Below, piece after piece: positions 17,595 to 25,967 of a stretch of 25,967 nt of DNA. A program made the position numbers and the translations under genes. Under the pieces are notes generated by a model. It was given only the letters and a program-made list of their open reading frames with translations, was not told the origin of the DNA and searched no databases. This DNA is from Candidatus Zixiibacteriota bacterium (GTDB taxonomy: Bacteria > Zixibacteria > MSB-5A5 > CAIYYT01): assembly GCA_040235515.1 (NCBI GenBank), contig JBECKX010000198.1, positions 1 through 25,967 of the forward strand, written 5' to 3'. Numbering within the stretch: the stretch's first letter is position 1; every line of letters begins with the position of its first letter.

Positions 17595-18896
17595 TTAAGG
17601 GGCGTTGTCAATCAGTGACTTACCCTGTTTCTGGCGGATGTAATTGGCGAAGTAAACGCCGCTGTCGCGCAGAGTGCGCCGATACCCGTTTTCAAAATCT
17701 ACCTCGTAGAGCCCGAATCTCGCGCCATAGCCGATTAGCCACTCGTAGTTGTCGAGTAACGACCAGTGATAATAGCCACGAACTTGAGGATTGTCCGTCA
17801 GCGCCTCTTCCAGCTTTTCCAGGTGTCGTTGCATGAACTCCACCCGGCGAGAATCATCCTCTGCCGCGATACCATTCTCCGTCACAAACAACGGCTTATT
17901 GGTAAACTTCATCCAGTTCAATACGCGCTGCAGCCCGCGAGCGTAAATCTCCCAGCCTAAATCGGAAAAGCCCTCACCCGAAGTATTCCGAAAGAAGAGA
18001 TCAAAAGGGCGAGATAGGCTCAACCGGAAGCGTACATGCATCCGGTAATAGTAGTTCACTCCCCAGAAGTCGATCTTCTCCTTCAGAGCCAGCTCCCGTT
18101 CGAAATTTACCAGGAAAGGAAACCTGATCGTAACGCGATCCTCCTCGAATGCCGTTGGAAGCATCAAATTGTAGAAGCGGTGGATCAGTCGCTTTACCTT
18201 CTGATCCAGCGGATTGCCTTTACGCGCTGTTTTGAAGATTATGAAGTTCTTCGCGATGCCCACTTCCGCTGCTGCATTGATACCCTTGATTGTGTCAAAG
18301 GCTCGAACATGCGCTGCAAGCATGTTGTAAAGCACTTCCGCCAACAGCTTGGGACTCTTCACACCGGGCGGGAACTTAGCGTCGACATACGCTGCAAGTG
18401 CCCACACGATAGGCTCATTGAGCGTGACATAATAAGGAATGCGATCACCCAGTCGCTTCGCTACAAATTCGGTAAACTTCTGAAACGACTCAACCGCCTC
18501 CGGCTTATGCCATGGTGTGGCGCCGTGGAACCAGGCAGGATGTGTGAAGTGGTGGAGCGTGAGCATCGGGATGATCTCATACTCAAGCAGGCGATCCACC
18601 ATCCTGTCGTAGCGATCCAGCGCCCGCTCATCGAATCTCCCTCGCTCCGGTTCCAATCGCGCCCACTCCACGGAAAAACGATAGGCATTTGCGCCGAGTT
18701 CGCGCAGCCGCTCGAAATCTTGCTCCCACAGTTCCCAATGTTTGCACGCATTACCGTAAACTGGGTTCAGTCCGTCGCGGCGGAATCGCCCCAGACGTTC
18801 CCATTCCGACATGTCGTTGTGGATTTCCCCTTCAATCTGATAAGCGGAGGTGGAAACTCCCCAGTGAAAGGGGGGGTCGCGGCGTGCTTCAGTCAT
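17595..18896 (-). CDS. Glycoside hydrolase family 1 beta-glucosidase, no signal peptide
   Basis: WGVSTSAYQIEG, YRFSVEWAR, TLHHF, catalytic TLNEP and VTENG, WSLLDNYEW, FGLY. Confidence 0.95.
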   Translation of the reverse strand: MTEARRDPPFHWGVSTSAYQIEGEIHNDMSEWERLGRFRRDGLNPVYGNACKHWELWEQDFERLRELGANAYRFSVEWARLEPERGRFDERALDRYDRMVDRLLEYEIIPMLTLHHFTHPAWFHGATPWHKPEAVESFQKFTEFVAKRLGDRIPYYVTLNEPIVWALAAYVDAKFPPGVKSPKLLAEVLYNMLAAHVRAFDTIKGINAAAEVGIAKNFIIFKTARKGNPLDQKVKRLIHRFYNLMLPTAFEEDRVTIRFPFLVNFERELALKEKIDFWGVNYYYRMHVRFRLSLSRPFDLFFRNTSGEGFSDLGWEIYARGLQRVLNWMKFTNKPLFVTENGIAAEDDSRRVEFMQRHLEKLEEALTDNPQVRGYYHWSLLDNYEWLIGYGARFGLYEVDFENGYRRTLRDSGVYFANYIRQKQGKSLIDNAP

Positions 18897-18926
18897 CTAA
18901 CCCGGCGGATCGCCTCCCTCGAGGAG

Positions 18927-20600
18927 CTATCGACCGCTTTCTCCCCGCAAGTACGGCACGAGCGACCGACCATTTATGTCGGATTGCGGCGGATACCCGA
19001 TCAATTCGCCCACCGTAGGTGCAAACGACACAGTCTCAACCCGCGCATTACTGCGTCCGTGCGGAACGCCGGCGCCATAGAAAAGCATCGGAACGTCGGT
19101 ATCGTAGCGGTAACACTCTCCGTGTGACGTACCGAACTTCCAGTTGGTCAATAGCCAGTTTTCCTTCAAGCGAAACATGATGTCCGGGGAGCGACCGGGA
19201 TAGTAACTGTTGCGATAAAGCTGTTGATAGGGGCGAAGCGGCACCGGATCGAGCAGGTCATGCGAAGTGAATACATCCTCGATGAATGGCAGCAGCCGCA
19301 GCTCATTCGCCACCTCGATCTCAACACGTCTCCAATCGGCGCGTGCATTGCGAATCACCGGATCATTCAGGTAGACGCCGCGGTTGACCTTGAGGATCGG
19401 TGATTCACCGAGTCCCATCCGTTCACCAACCCGCACACCTGCCTGCTCTACCTCTTCCCAGGCTGAGTCGATGCTCATCCTGCGGGTGTCGATACCCTGC
19501 TCTGCCAGATGCTCCGGGAGCGGCAGAACACCGTGGTCGGAAGAGAGCGCGATCAAGTATGAATCGCTACCCCGCAACGAATCGAGAAAGTCAATGAGGC
19601 TCCCCAGGTAACGGTCGAGGCGCAGATAGTAGTCCTCAACTTCATGGCTGAACGGTCCGTAGCTGTGCCCGACATAGTCGGCCGCCGAACATCCGATCCA
19701 GAGCAGATCGAGATCGTTGTCAGCCCCCAAACCCTCACCCACAACACACTCCTTGGCGGCTTCGATTACCATATGATCCCCGAACGGCGTCGAACGCAGA
19801 TTGTCATAGTACTTGGCCGGGTCTTCATCCGGTGCAGGAAGGTAGTTGTGCGGAAAAGCTGTTTTGATTCCATCAGCTTCGGCGGGGAAGTCATCCCGAT
19901 GACAGTCGGCGTAAGCGCTGTCAGGGAGCAGCTTCTCCCAGACTCCACCGAAATACTCTTCCGTCGGTCGCCGTTCGTTGAATTCTCTGAGCCAATCGGG
20001 ATAGACCGCCGTGTAGAATAGCGAGGTCACCAACGTCCCATCCTCCCAGTCATACCACGCCGCCAGGTTGGCCCGGAACCCTCCCATCAAAATCGCGGTC
20101 CGATCCTTGAGCGCCAGGCTGACCACCTTGCTGTCCCATGATTCATTGCGCACCCAGTCGCCAAGAGTCATCATCTTCAAGAATGCCGGTGAACGGCCCG
20201 GCTTTTGCGGCTTGCCGGTTATCGCGCTGAGCGAGTCCTCCACGCAGTAAACATTCCGCTTCGTCGCCTTGTCAAACCACCCGTTACTGACGACTCCATT
20301 CTGGTTCGGGTACGCGCCAGTCGCCAACGCCGCGTGTCCTGCACCGGTCTCGGTGTAAGCGTGGGCGTGGTATGCATTGGTGAAGAGGAAGCCGTTATCG
20401 AGCAGTCGTCGAAAACCACCCGTGAACAAATGGTCAAAGCGCGACAGATAGTCGGCACGCATCTGGTCGACAACGATCACGACGACCAGTTTCGGTTGCA
20501 CATCGTTCTCGCGCTGATTCTGTGCGAATCCGCCGGTAGCCGCAAACATCTGCAGCATCACCAGTAGCAACAGGATATTCTTCATATTCTCGGTGCGCAT
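18927..20600 (-). CDS. Secreted alkaline phosphatase superfamily enzyme, PafA/PhoK-like (Thr nucleophile)
   Basis: VDQMR, TETGAGHA, VSNGW, SLALKDR, DYVGH, SSDHG, TSHG; signal peptide MKNILLLLVMLQMFAATGGFA; start ATG 20600 (AGGGG upstream) or 20585 rather than 20711. Confidence 0.88.
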   Translation of the reverse strand: MRTENMKNILLLLVMLQMFAATGGFAQNQRENDVQPKLVVVIVVDQMRADYLSRFDHLFTGGFRRLLDNGFLFTNAYHAHAYTETGAGHAALATGAYPNQNGVVSNGWFDKATKRNVYCVEDSLSAITGKPQKPGRSPAFLKMMTLGDWVRNESWDSKVVSLALKDRTAILMGGFRANLAAWYDWEDGTLVTSLFYTAVYPDWLREFNERRPTEEYFGGVWEKLLPDSAYADCHRDDFPAEADGIKTAFPHNYLPAPDEDPAKYYDNLRSTPFGDHMVIEAAKECVVGEGLGADNDLDLLWIGCSAADYVGHSYGPFSHEVEDYYLRLDRYLGSLIDFLDSLRGSDSYLIALSSDHGVLPLPEHLAEQGIDTRRMSIDSAWEEVEQAGVRVGERMGLGESPILKVNRGVYLNDPVIRNARADWRRVEIEVANELRLLPFIEDVFTSHDLLDPVPLRPYQQLYRNSYYPGRSPDIMFRLKENWLLTNWKFGTSHGECYRYDTDVPMLFYGAGVPHGRSNARVETVSFAPTVGELIGYPPQSDINGRSLVPYLRGESGR

Positions 20601-20798
20601 CATAACCCCTGCAACAAGTGCGACAATAGCTTGATCATTCACCCCGATCGGTAAGGCCGACCACTTGCTGATGATGTTAACATAAGATCGATAAATCTCC
20701 AACAGCTTCATTGTTCAAATCAGATATCACTCCGGCAACGGATGCCAATTGCCCGGTAGGTGACAAACAGCAGATCATCCACTCGCGTCAAAGAAACA

Positions 20799-20827
20799 GT
20801 GACAAGTTTAGTACATTTTTACATATT
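20799..20827 (+). promoter_or_regulatory. Putative promoter for the acyl-CoA dehydrogenase
   Basis: GTGACA (20799-20804) - 17 nt - CATATT (20822-20827) in the AT-rich divergent intergenic region. Confidence 0.35.
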
Positions 20828-20993
20828 GCCGCCACTCCGGTGGAAACGCCGGCCGCCACCACTTGATTGTACACGCAGCAGGGCGTGCCGGATGTCGAAG
20901 CAGGATTCCTTATCGTAAATCTAATAATTAAAGTAAACACAGCGGCGTACTGCGGCCGGGTGATGACTTAATCTTTACCAGGGAAAAACGTCA

Positions 20994-22949
20994 ATGTCTG
21001 AGTTGAAGAAGCTGAAAAACGTCTCCGAACAAGATCGCAAGATGCTCGAGGATGCTGAATCGCTGCTTGGTCCCGAACCCGGCGAAATCGGTTTCGTGAA
21101 AAACCTGTTCTGGGGCAATCTCCGCGAAGAATTGATCTTTCCCTATCCGCAGGTGAGTGAAGCCGAAGTAGCCCGGACCGATGCTCTGCTCAACGAGCTG
21201 GACAAGTACCTGCGTGAAGAGCATCCATCCTTCGAAATCGATCAGCAACAGGAAATCCCTCGCTGGGTCATCGATCGTCTCTTCGCGATCGGAGTCATGG
21301 GCATGACTATCCCGGAGCAGTACGGTGGGCTCGGCCTCGGCGTGACAAGCTACAACCGCGTGCTGGCACGCATCGGCGAAACCTGTGCATCCACAGCCGT
21401 GCTGGTCTCAGCCCACCAATCGATCGGTTGTAAGGCGCTGATGCTTTTCGGAACTGAGGAACAGAAGCGGAAGTACCTGCCGCTGATGGCTACCAGTGAT
21501 GTCTCGGCATTCTGCCTTTCAGAACCGAATGTCGGGTGTGATGCCGGTGGGCAGGAGACGCGCTGTGAAGTCAGTGAGGATGGCAAATACTATATCCTCA
21601 ATGGGGAAAAGAAATGGTCGACCTCCGGCGCGATCAGCGGCCTGTTCACGGTGATGGCAAAGCAGCGACTGCGCAACGAGAAGACAGGCAAGCTGGAGGA
21701 TCGCGTCACGGCTATCATTTGCACCCCCGACCTCGACGGCGTCGACATCTTCGAGAAGAATCGCTCCAAGTGCGGCATCCGCGGTACCTGGCAGGCGCGC
21801 ATCAGGCTCAACAACGTCAGAGTGCCGCGCGAAAACCTGCTGCATAAAGAGGGGAAGGGGCTCTTTGTCGCGCTCTCCTGTCTGAACTTCGGGCGCTGTA
21901 CCCTCTCTGCCGGGATGCTCGGCGCCGCGCGCCGCTGTCGCGACCAGGCGACCAAGTGGGCGCAGACGCGGTTCCAGTTCGGTCGGCCGCTGGCGGAGTT
22001 TGAACTGGTGCAGCAGCGGATCGCCAAAATGTCCGCGCTGACTTATGCTATGGACGCGGTGCTCTACATGACGACCGGTATGCTGGATCGCCACGACAAG
22101 GATATCATGGTCGAGACCGCCGCCTGCAAAGTCTTCAACTCTGAGATGGGCTGGGTGGTCGTCAACGATGCCCTCCAGGTGATGGGGGGCGAAGGGTATA
22201 TGACCGAGAATGAAGTTGAGCGCTCGCTGCGAGATTCTCGAATCAATACGATTGTGGAGGGTGCTAATGAAGTGATGCAATCCTTCATCTTCGGTTACGG
22301 AGGCAAACAGCTTGCCGAACAAATGTTGGCGGTGCAGAACCTCGTCGGCTGGGATAGTGAACAGGGGCTGTTCAAGAATCTCTTCCGGATTCTTGGCAAC
22401 GGGCTCAAACCCTCAGTCGCACGACGTGCTATTCCATTAGGGCTGGAGTTGTTTTTCGGCAAGAAGCCGGCTGCCCCCACCATCCGGAATGTCGACAACT
22501 CGCTCAGAAAATTCTCCCAGCGATGCTGCCAACTGGTGGCAGAGCACAGCCATCAGTTCAAGCTGGTGAGCAAACGCTACCGCGAAGAGATCATCAAACG
22601 GCAGGCGGTACAGGCACGACTGGCGGATAATGCTGTTTGGCTGAATGCGTATGCCTGCTCCCTCGCAAAAATCGATATGCAGATCAAACGCGGCGACTCC
22701 GGGCGCGAATTCGAACGTGACCGCGCCGCCTTCGAACACTTCTGCGAACTCGCCGAAATCACCATCAAAGAAAATGTTCGCCGTCTCACCGATAATGCTG
22801 ACGAAACGATGCACAAAGCAGCCGCCGCGGCCTTTGAGTACGCTGATTCACTGCCCAATAAGCACTTCTATCTTCACGAAGCATCGCCAAATGCAAAAGG
22901 CAGCGGGAAGGTTGTTCGACGCGACGCAATCAAGCAGTTTCCCGGATAG
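20994..22949 (+). CDS. Acyl-CoA dehydrogenase (long VLCAD/ACAD9-like form)
   Basis: IPEQYGGLG, AHQSIG, AFCLSEPNVG, LNGEKKW, RFQFG, QVMGGEGY, catalytic IVEGANE; C-terminal extension. Confidence 0.93.
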   Translation: MSELKKLKNVSEQDRKMLEDAESLLGPEPGEIGFVKNLFWGNLREELIFPYPQVSEAEVARTDALLNELDKYLREEHPSFEIDQQQEIPRWVIDRLFAIGVMGMTIPEQYGGLGLGVTSYNRVLARIGETCASTAVLVSAHQSIGCKALMLFGTEEQKRKYLPLMATSDVSAFCLSEPNVGCDAGGQETRCEVSEDGKYYILNGEKKWSTSGAISGLFTVMAKQRLRNEKTGKLEDRVTAIICTPDLDGVDIFEKNRSKCGIRGTWQARIRLNNVRVPRENLLHKEGKGLFVALSCLNFGRCTLSAGMLGAARRCRDQATKWAQTRFQFGRPLAEFELVQQRIAKMSALTYAMDAVLYMTTGMLDRHDKDIMVETAACKVFNSEMGWVVVNDALQVMGGEGYMTENEVERSLRDSRINTIVEGANEVMQSFIFGYGGKQLAEQMLAVQNLVGWDSEQGLFKNLFRILGNGLKPSVARRAIPLGLELFFGKKPAAPTIRNVDNSLRKFSQRCCQLVAEHSHQFKLVSKRYREEIIKRQAVQARLADNAVWLNAYACSLAKIDMQIKRGDSGREFERDRAAFEHFCELAEITIKENVRRLTDNADETMHKAAAAAFEYADSLPNKHFYLHEASPNAKGSGKVVRRDAIKQFPG

Positions 22950-23106
22950 AGCAGGCTATCAACACCGGGTGAACCTCAACTCAATCTTAGAGACACCGAA
23001 AAACGCCATTCCTGACCATTTTAGTTTGCGACCTAACTCAAACTGACTATGCTGCGTATCAACGGGGAAAGACCGATTTACTCAAGCTGAGAATCTGAGG
23101 GAAATC

Positions 23107-24144
23107 ATGAAATATCTTCTACTTGGCCGCAGCGGACTCCGAGTTTCAGAGCTCTGTCTCGGCACCATGACCTTCGGTCCCGAATGGGGCTGGGGTGCCG
23201 ATAAACAAGAAAGCAAACGTGTCTTCGATACGTTTGTCGAGAACGGCGGCAATTACCTCGATACAGCCAATCGCTACACCGAGGGGACGAGCGAAAAATA
23301 TGTTGGAGAATTCATCCGGTCCGAACGCTCCAGCTTTGTACTCGCCACCAAGTACACCCTCAGCATGCGCAAGGGTGACATCTCCTATTCGGGCAACAGC
23401 CGCAAGAATATGATGCAGTCGCTCGAGGCCAGCCTCAAACGGCTCGGTACCGACTACATCGATCTCTACTGGCTGCATGCCTGGGACTTCACCACACCGG
23501 TGGAGGAAGTCCTCCGCTCGCTGGATGACATGGTTCGGCAGGGGAAGATACTCTATATCGGCATCTCCGATACACCCGCCTGGATAGTCTCGCGCGCCAA
23601 TACAATGGCCGATCTGATGGGCTGGACCCCCTTCACGGCGCTGCAAATCGAATACAGCTTGCTGCAACGCACACCGGAACGCGATCTGTTGCCGATGGCG
23701 AAAGCACTTGATATCGCCGTCACGCCCTGGGGCGTGCTGGGCGGAGGTGCACTCACCGGGAAATTCAGTCGTCATGGGAATAAGAGCGATCTCGAAGGTC
23801 GCACAAAACCTGACAGCAAACGCCGCTCGGAATGGGCGATGAAGATTGCAAAAGTAGTCGATGAGATCGCCGACGAGATCGGTTGCAGCTCATCGCACGT
23901 CGCGATCAACTGGGTGCGTCAGCAGAGCCAGGTGATGGTACCGATCGTGGGTGCGCGGACGGCAGAACAACTCAAACAGAATCTCGAGTGCCTTGAGCAT
24001 GAACTGACGCAGGATCACGTGCAGCGTCTGGATGACGCCAGCCAGATCGAGCTCGGTTTCCCACACGATTTTCTCAAATCGGATGTCGTCCAGAATCTCG
24101 TATTCTCGGAGCTGGGTAACCACCTCCGCAACCATAAGATCTGA
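23107..24144 (+). CDS. Aldo/keto reductase
   Basis: LGRSGLRVSELCLGTMTFG, DTANRY, LATK, DYIDLYWLH, YIGISD, QIEYSLL, PIVGART. Confidence 0.95.
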   Translation: MKYLLLGRSGLRVSELCLGTMTFGPEWGWGADKQESKRVFDTFVENGGNYLDTANRYTEGTSEKYVGEFIRSERSSFVLATKYTLSMRKGDISYSGNSRKNMMQSLEASLKRLGTDYIDLYWLHAWDFTTPVEEVLRSLDDMVRQGKILYIGISDTPAWIVSRANTMADLMGWTPFTALQIEYSLLQRTPERDLLPMAKALDIAVTPWGVLGGGALTGKFSRHGNKSDLEGRTKPDSKRRSEWAMKIAKVVDEIADEIGCSSSHVAINWVRQQSQVMVPIVGARTAEQLKQNLECLEHELTQDHVQRLDDASQIELGFPHDFLKSDVVQNLVFSELGNHLRNHKI

Positions 24145-24145
24145 C

Positions 24146-24175
24146 AAGATCGAGTCGGTCGACCGACGCGATTTT
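24146..24175. terminator. Possible bidirectional terminator between convergent genes
   Basis: AAGATCG-A-GTCGG-TCGA-CCGAC-G-CGATTTT imperfect hairpin fills the gap between the two stop codons. Confidence 0.45.
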
Positions 24176-24763
24176 CTATGGCCGCATTTCCCACGGTGTC
24201 GTGGTACCGATGATCGCTTGGTCAGAGCCATCGCGAACCACCACCAGGATTCCGGCGCAAATCTCCGCGTGAGTCAGCCAGCGCGATTGGCCATTCTCGA
24301 TCTTGAATCCAAGAGTGATCTCATGGTAGCGAATATCCTTGCGCCGCTTCAAGTCCCGGCGCAACTCCGCATCCGCCTGTATCGGATTAGCCGCTGCACT
24401 TCCGAGGATGTTATAGAAGTCAGCCGGCGCGGCAAAGTCGCCGATCGCTCCAGCTACCTGTACAGCAGCGTCGCGCGAATGGTTATGAATCCAGCAAAGC
24501 GCCAGCGACGGCCTGCCGAACTGCTCGCAGTCTGATACCAGCGCTCGTTCAAACTCAGCAGACCGGGAGTAGTCCGCCGCAATAGGGTGGATTACTCCCG
24601 AGCTGCTCCGGGCTGAAGCGGCCAGATGCCGCAACCTTTCGGTCGTCCGTGCGACGACCGATACCGAATAACCATCTTCGGCAAGTTGCCTGCAGACTCC
24701 TGCCAGCATCCCGGTGCCCCCGATAACGAGTATGTGATGACCGTGACGACCCTGGAGACTCAC
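24176..24763 (-). CDS. Short-chain dehydrogenase-like Rossmann-fold protein
   Basis: HILVIGGTGML, VSVVAR, ADY, WIH, LGS, LGF..E...SRWLTH.EI..G; GTG start at 24763 has GGAG 10 nt upstream (ORF track start 24796 less likely). Confidence 0.8.
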   Translation of the reverse strand: MSLQGRHGHHILVIGGTGMLAGVCRQLAEDGYSVSVVARTTERLRHLAASARSSSGVIHPIAADYSRSAEFERALVSDCEQFGRPSLALCWIHNHSRDAAVQVAGAIGDFAAPADFYNILGSAAANPIQADAELRRDLKRRKDIRYHEITLGFKIENGQSRWLTHAEICAGILVVVRDGSDQAIIGTTTPWEMRP

Positions 24764-24789
24764 CAGCGCGCAGCTCCATGTTTGATTTG

Positions 24790-24818
24790 CTGACAATCCT
24801 CCGACAAGTCGCTATATT
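24790..24818 (+). promoter_or_regulatory. Putative promoter for the lipoprotein gene
   Basis: CTGACA (24790-24795) - 17 nt - TATATT (24813-24818). Confidence 0.4.
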
Positions 24819-24858
24819 ATTCCTGGGCGGATCGCAGCAACGGGCGGAGAATCTCTCA

Positions 24859-25302
24859 ATGCTGAAATATTGTACGATATTACTCATACTTGTCACAATC
24901 CTGCTTGCGTGCAGCGATGAGAAGAGTACCAATGACCGACTGCCGATCGAGCCAAATCTCCTCGATGAGACTATTTCCCTGGTCGGCTATCATTGCATCT
25001 GTTGGGATCAACGCATCGGCGGTGCGCAGGTCGCGGCCGGAACGTACAGCCTGAGAATGGTTGCCGCGAGTTTCGATTGGACATCGCAATTCACGATCGA
25101 TGCCTCGGCCGCGAGCCAGCCGGCCTGGCAATGTTGTGATACCTCGACGGTTTCCATCAACAACAAGATTCACAAAGACCCACCGACTCACTTCGGATTC
25201 GAAATCTCTGCGACTGCCTACGCGCCGGGTGATACCGTCGCGATCGAACTGGCAATTCCCGCGCCGGCGGAGGTTAAGCTGCAAGTTAAACGTATCGAAT
25301 AA
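24859..25302 (+). CDS. Hypothetical lipoprotein (147 aa) with FlgD-Ig-like sequence elements
   Basis: ATG 24859 after GGAGA; signal MLKYCTILLILVTILLA-C (lipobox LLAC); segment G.H...WD....G..V..GTY.LRM.A. Confidence 0.75.
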   Translation: MLKYCTILLILVTILLACSDEKSTNDRLPIEPNLLDETISLVGYHCICWDQRIGGAQVAAGTYSLRMVAASFDWTSQFTIDASAASQPAWQCCDTSTVSINNKIHKDPPTHFGFEISATAYAPGDTVAIELAIPAPAEVKLQVKRIE

Positions 25303-25328
25303 CTCGGTTACTTGATTCCAAAAAATCG

Positions 25329-25356
25329 TTGCATCGAAATCGATTCTGAATATATT
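25329..25356 (+). promoter_or_regulatory. Putative promoter of tRNA-Tyr
   Basis: TTGCAT (25329-25334) - 16 nt - TATATT (25351-25356), 14 nt before the tRNA. Confidence 0.55.
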
Positions 25357-25370
25357 CTCCGTCTCTATCT

Positions 25371-25453
25371 GGAGAGGTACCGAAGCGGTCAAACGGGACA
25401 GACTGTAAATCTGTTGGCTAATGTCTTCGGAGGTTCGAATCCTCCCCTCTCCA
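25371..25453 (+). tRNA. tRNA-Tyr (anticodon GTA)
   Basis: Acceptor GGAGAGG/CCTCTCC + discriminator A; anticodon arm ACAGA-CTGTAAA-TCTGT; long variable region; T-arm GGAGG-TTCGAAT-CCTCC; CCA not encoded. Confidence 0.97.
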
Positions 25454-25454
25454 T

Positions 25455-25483
25455 TTGATTCAAGTCGCGAATTCCCTTACATT
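25455..25483 (+). promoter_or_regulatory. Putative promoter directly abutting the GNAT start codon
   Basis: TTGATT (25455-25460) - 17 nt - TACATT (25478-25483) - 6 nt - ATG (25490). Confidence 0.5.
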
Positions 25484-25489
25484 GCTGCC

Positions 25490-25967
25490 ATGAAAATCCT
25501 GACCTACGATCAGCTCGAAGATCGCTCCGACATCTTCCTGTTATGGGCCAAGTCCTTCGGGTTCCACTGTACCTCCGACTGGATCGACTGGTGGAATCCA
25601 CAGGATGTCCGCATCAAGGATACACCGATCGGATTCTGCGCTGTCGAGAAAAGCAAACTGATCGGCTTCGTGGGAGTAATGCACCTGCCGACCCGCAACA
25701 AGCATGGCGAAACCGAAAATGTCGGCGGAATCTGGGCAGTGGCGACACGACCCGCACTCGGCAGGCGCGGCGTAGGTCGTAAGCTGCTGGACGCCGCCGA
25801 GGATTACTTCCGCAAACAGGGGATCAGATTGTCACTGCTGACAACCTCACGCTCTATTGTGGCGTGCAACTGGTACGCGAGTGTCGGCTACAAAGAAATC
25901 GAAGCCGTCAATCGCTATCCCCACTTCTATAAGTTCCCGCCTCATCGCAAAGGTCAAGCCCTTGCTA
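25490..25967 (+). CDS. GNAT family N-acetyltransferase, partial (runs off the window)
   Basis: Not in the ORF track; translated by hand: MKILTYDQLEDRSDIFLLWAKSFG...LIGFVGV...GGIWAVATRPALGRRGVGRKLLDAAEDYF...WYASVGY; acetyl-CoA motif A (RRGVG); no stop before the window end. Confidence 0.88.
   Translation, partial: MKILTYDQLEDRSDIFLLWAKSFGFHCTSDWIDWWNPQDVRIKDTPIGFCAVEKSKLIGFVGVMHLPTRNKHGETENVGGIWAVATRPALGRRGVGRKLLDAAEDYFRKQGIRLSLLTTSRSIVACNWYASVGYKEIEAVNRYPHFYKFPPHRKGQALA

Noticed and set aside
14249..19127. Antisense ORFs 14249-15346(-) and 18036-19127(+)
   Set aside because: They overlap well-supported genes on the opposite strand and show no protein family features
20601..20711. N-terminal extension of the alkaline phosphatase to 20711
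   Set aside because: It would bury the signal peptide; downstream ATGs have better RBS context
20828..20993. Riboswitch in the acyl-CoA dehydrogenase leader (CCGGTG-GAAA-CGCCGG hairpin)
   Set aside because: A single GNRA hairpin with no recognisable aptamer consensus or expression platform

Overview
Chromosomal bacterial region with no mobile element or CRISPR array. The style of the C-terminal dockerin suggests an FCB-group lineage such as candidate phylum Zixibacteria (inference only). Order: standalone Smr protein; a tandem pair of secreted DUF3857/transglutaminase-like proteins (the first has an intact Cys-His-Asp triad, the second has lost Cys and His); dCMP deaminase; tRNA-Leu(CAA); a ~730-nt intergenic region; a ~2450-aa secreted protein (Asp-box N-domain, five parallel beta-helix modules, dockerin); a glycogen-debranching amylo-alpha-1,6-glucosidase with WGRD changed to WGRA; a minus-strand run of PafA-type alkaline phosphatase, GH1 beta-glucosidase and GT21-like glycolipid glucosyltransferase; acyl-CoA dehydrogenase; aldo/keto reductase; a short Rossmann-fold protein; a small lipoprotein; tRNA-Tyr(GTA); and a GNAT cut by the window edge that appears leaderless. 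The most unusual signals are an apparently circularly permuted FlgD-Ig-like domain in the lipoprotein, Lys/Arg-bracketed insertion loops in three beta-helix modules of the giant protein, and the enzyme/pseudoenzyme transglutaminase pair. All family assignments are by eye from motifs; no searches were run.
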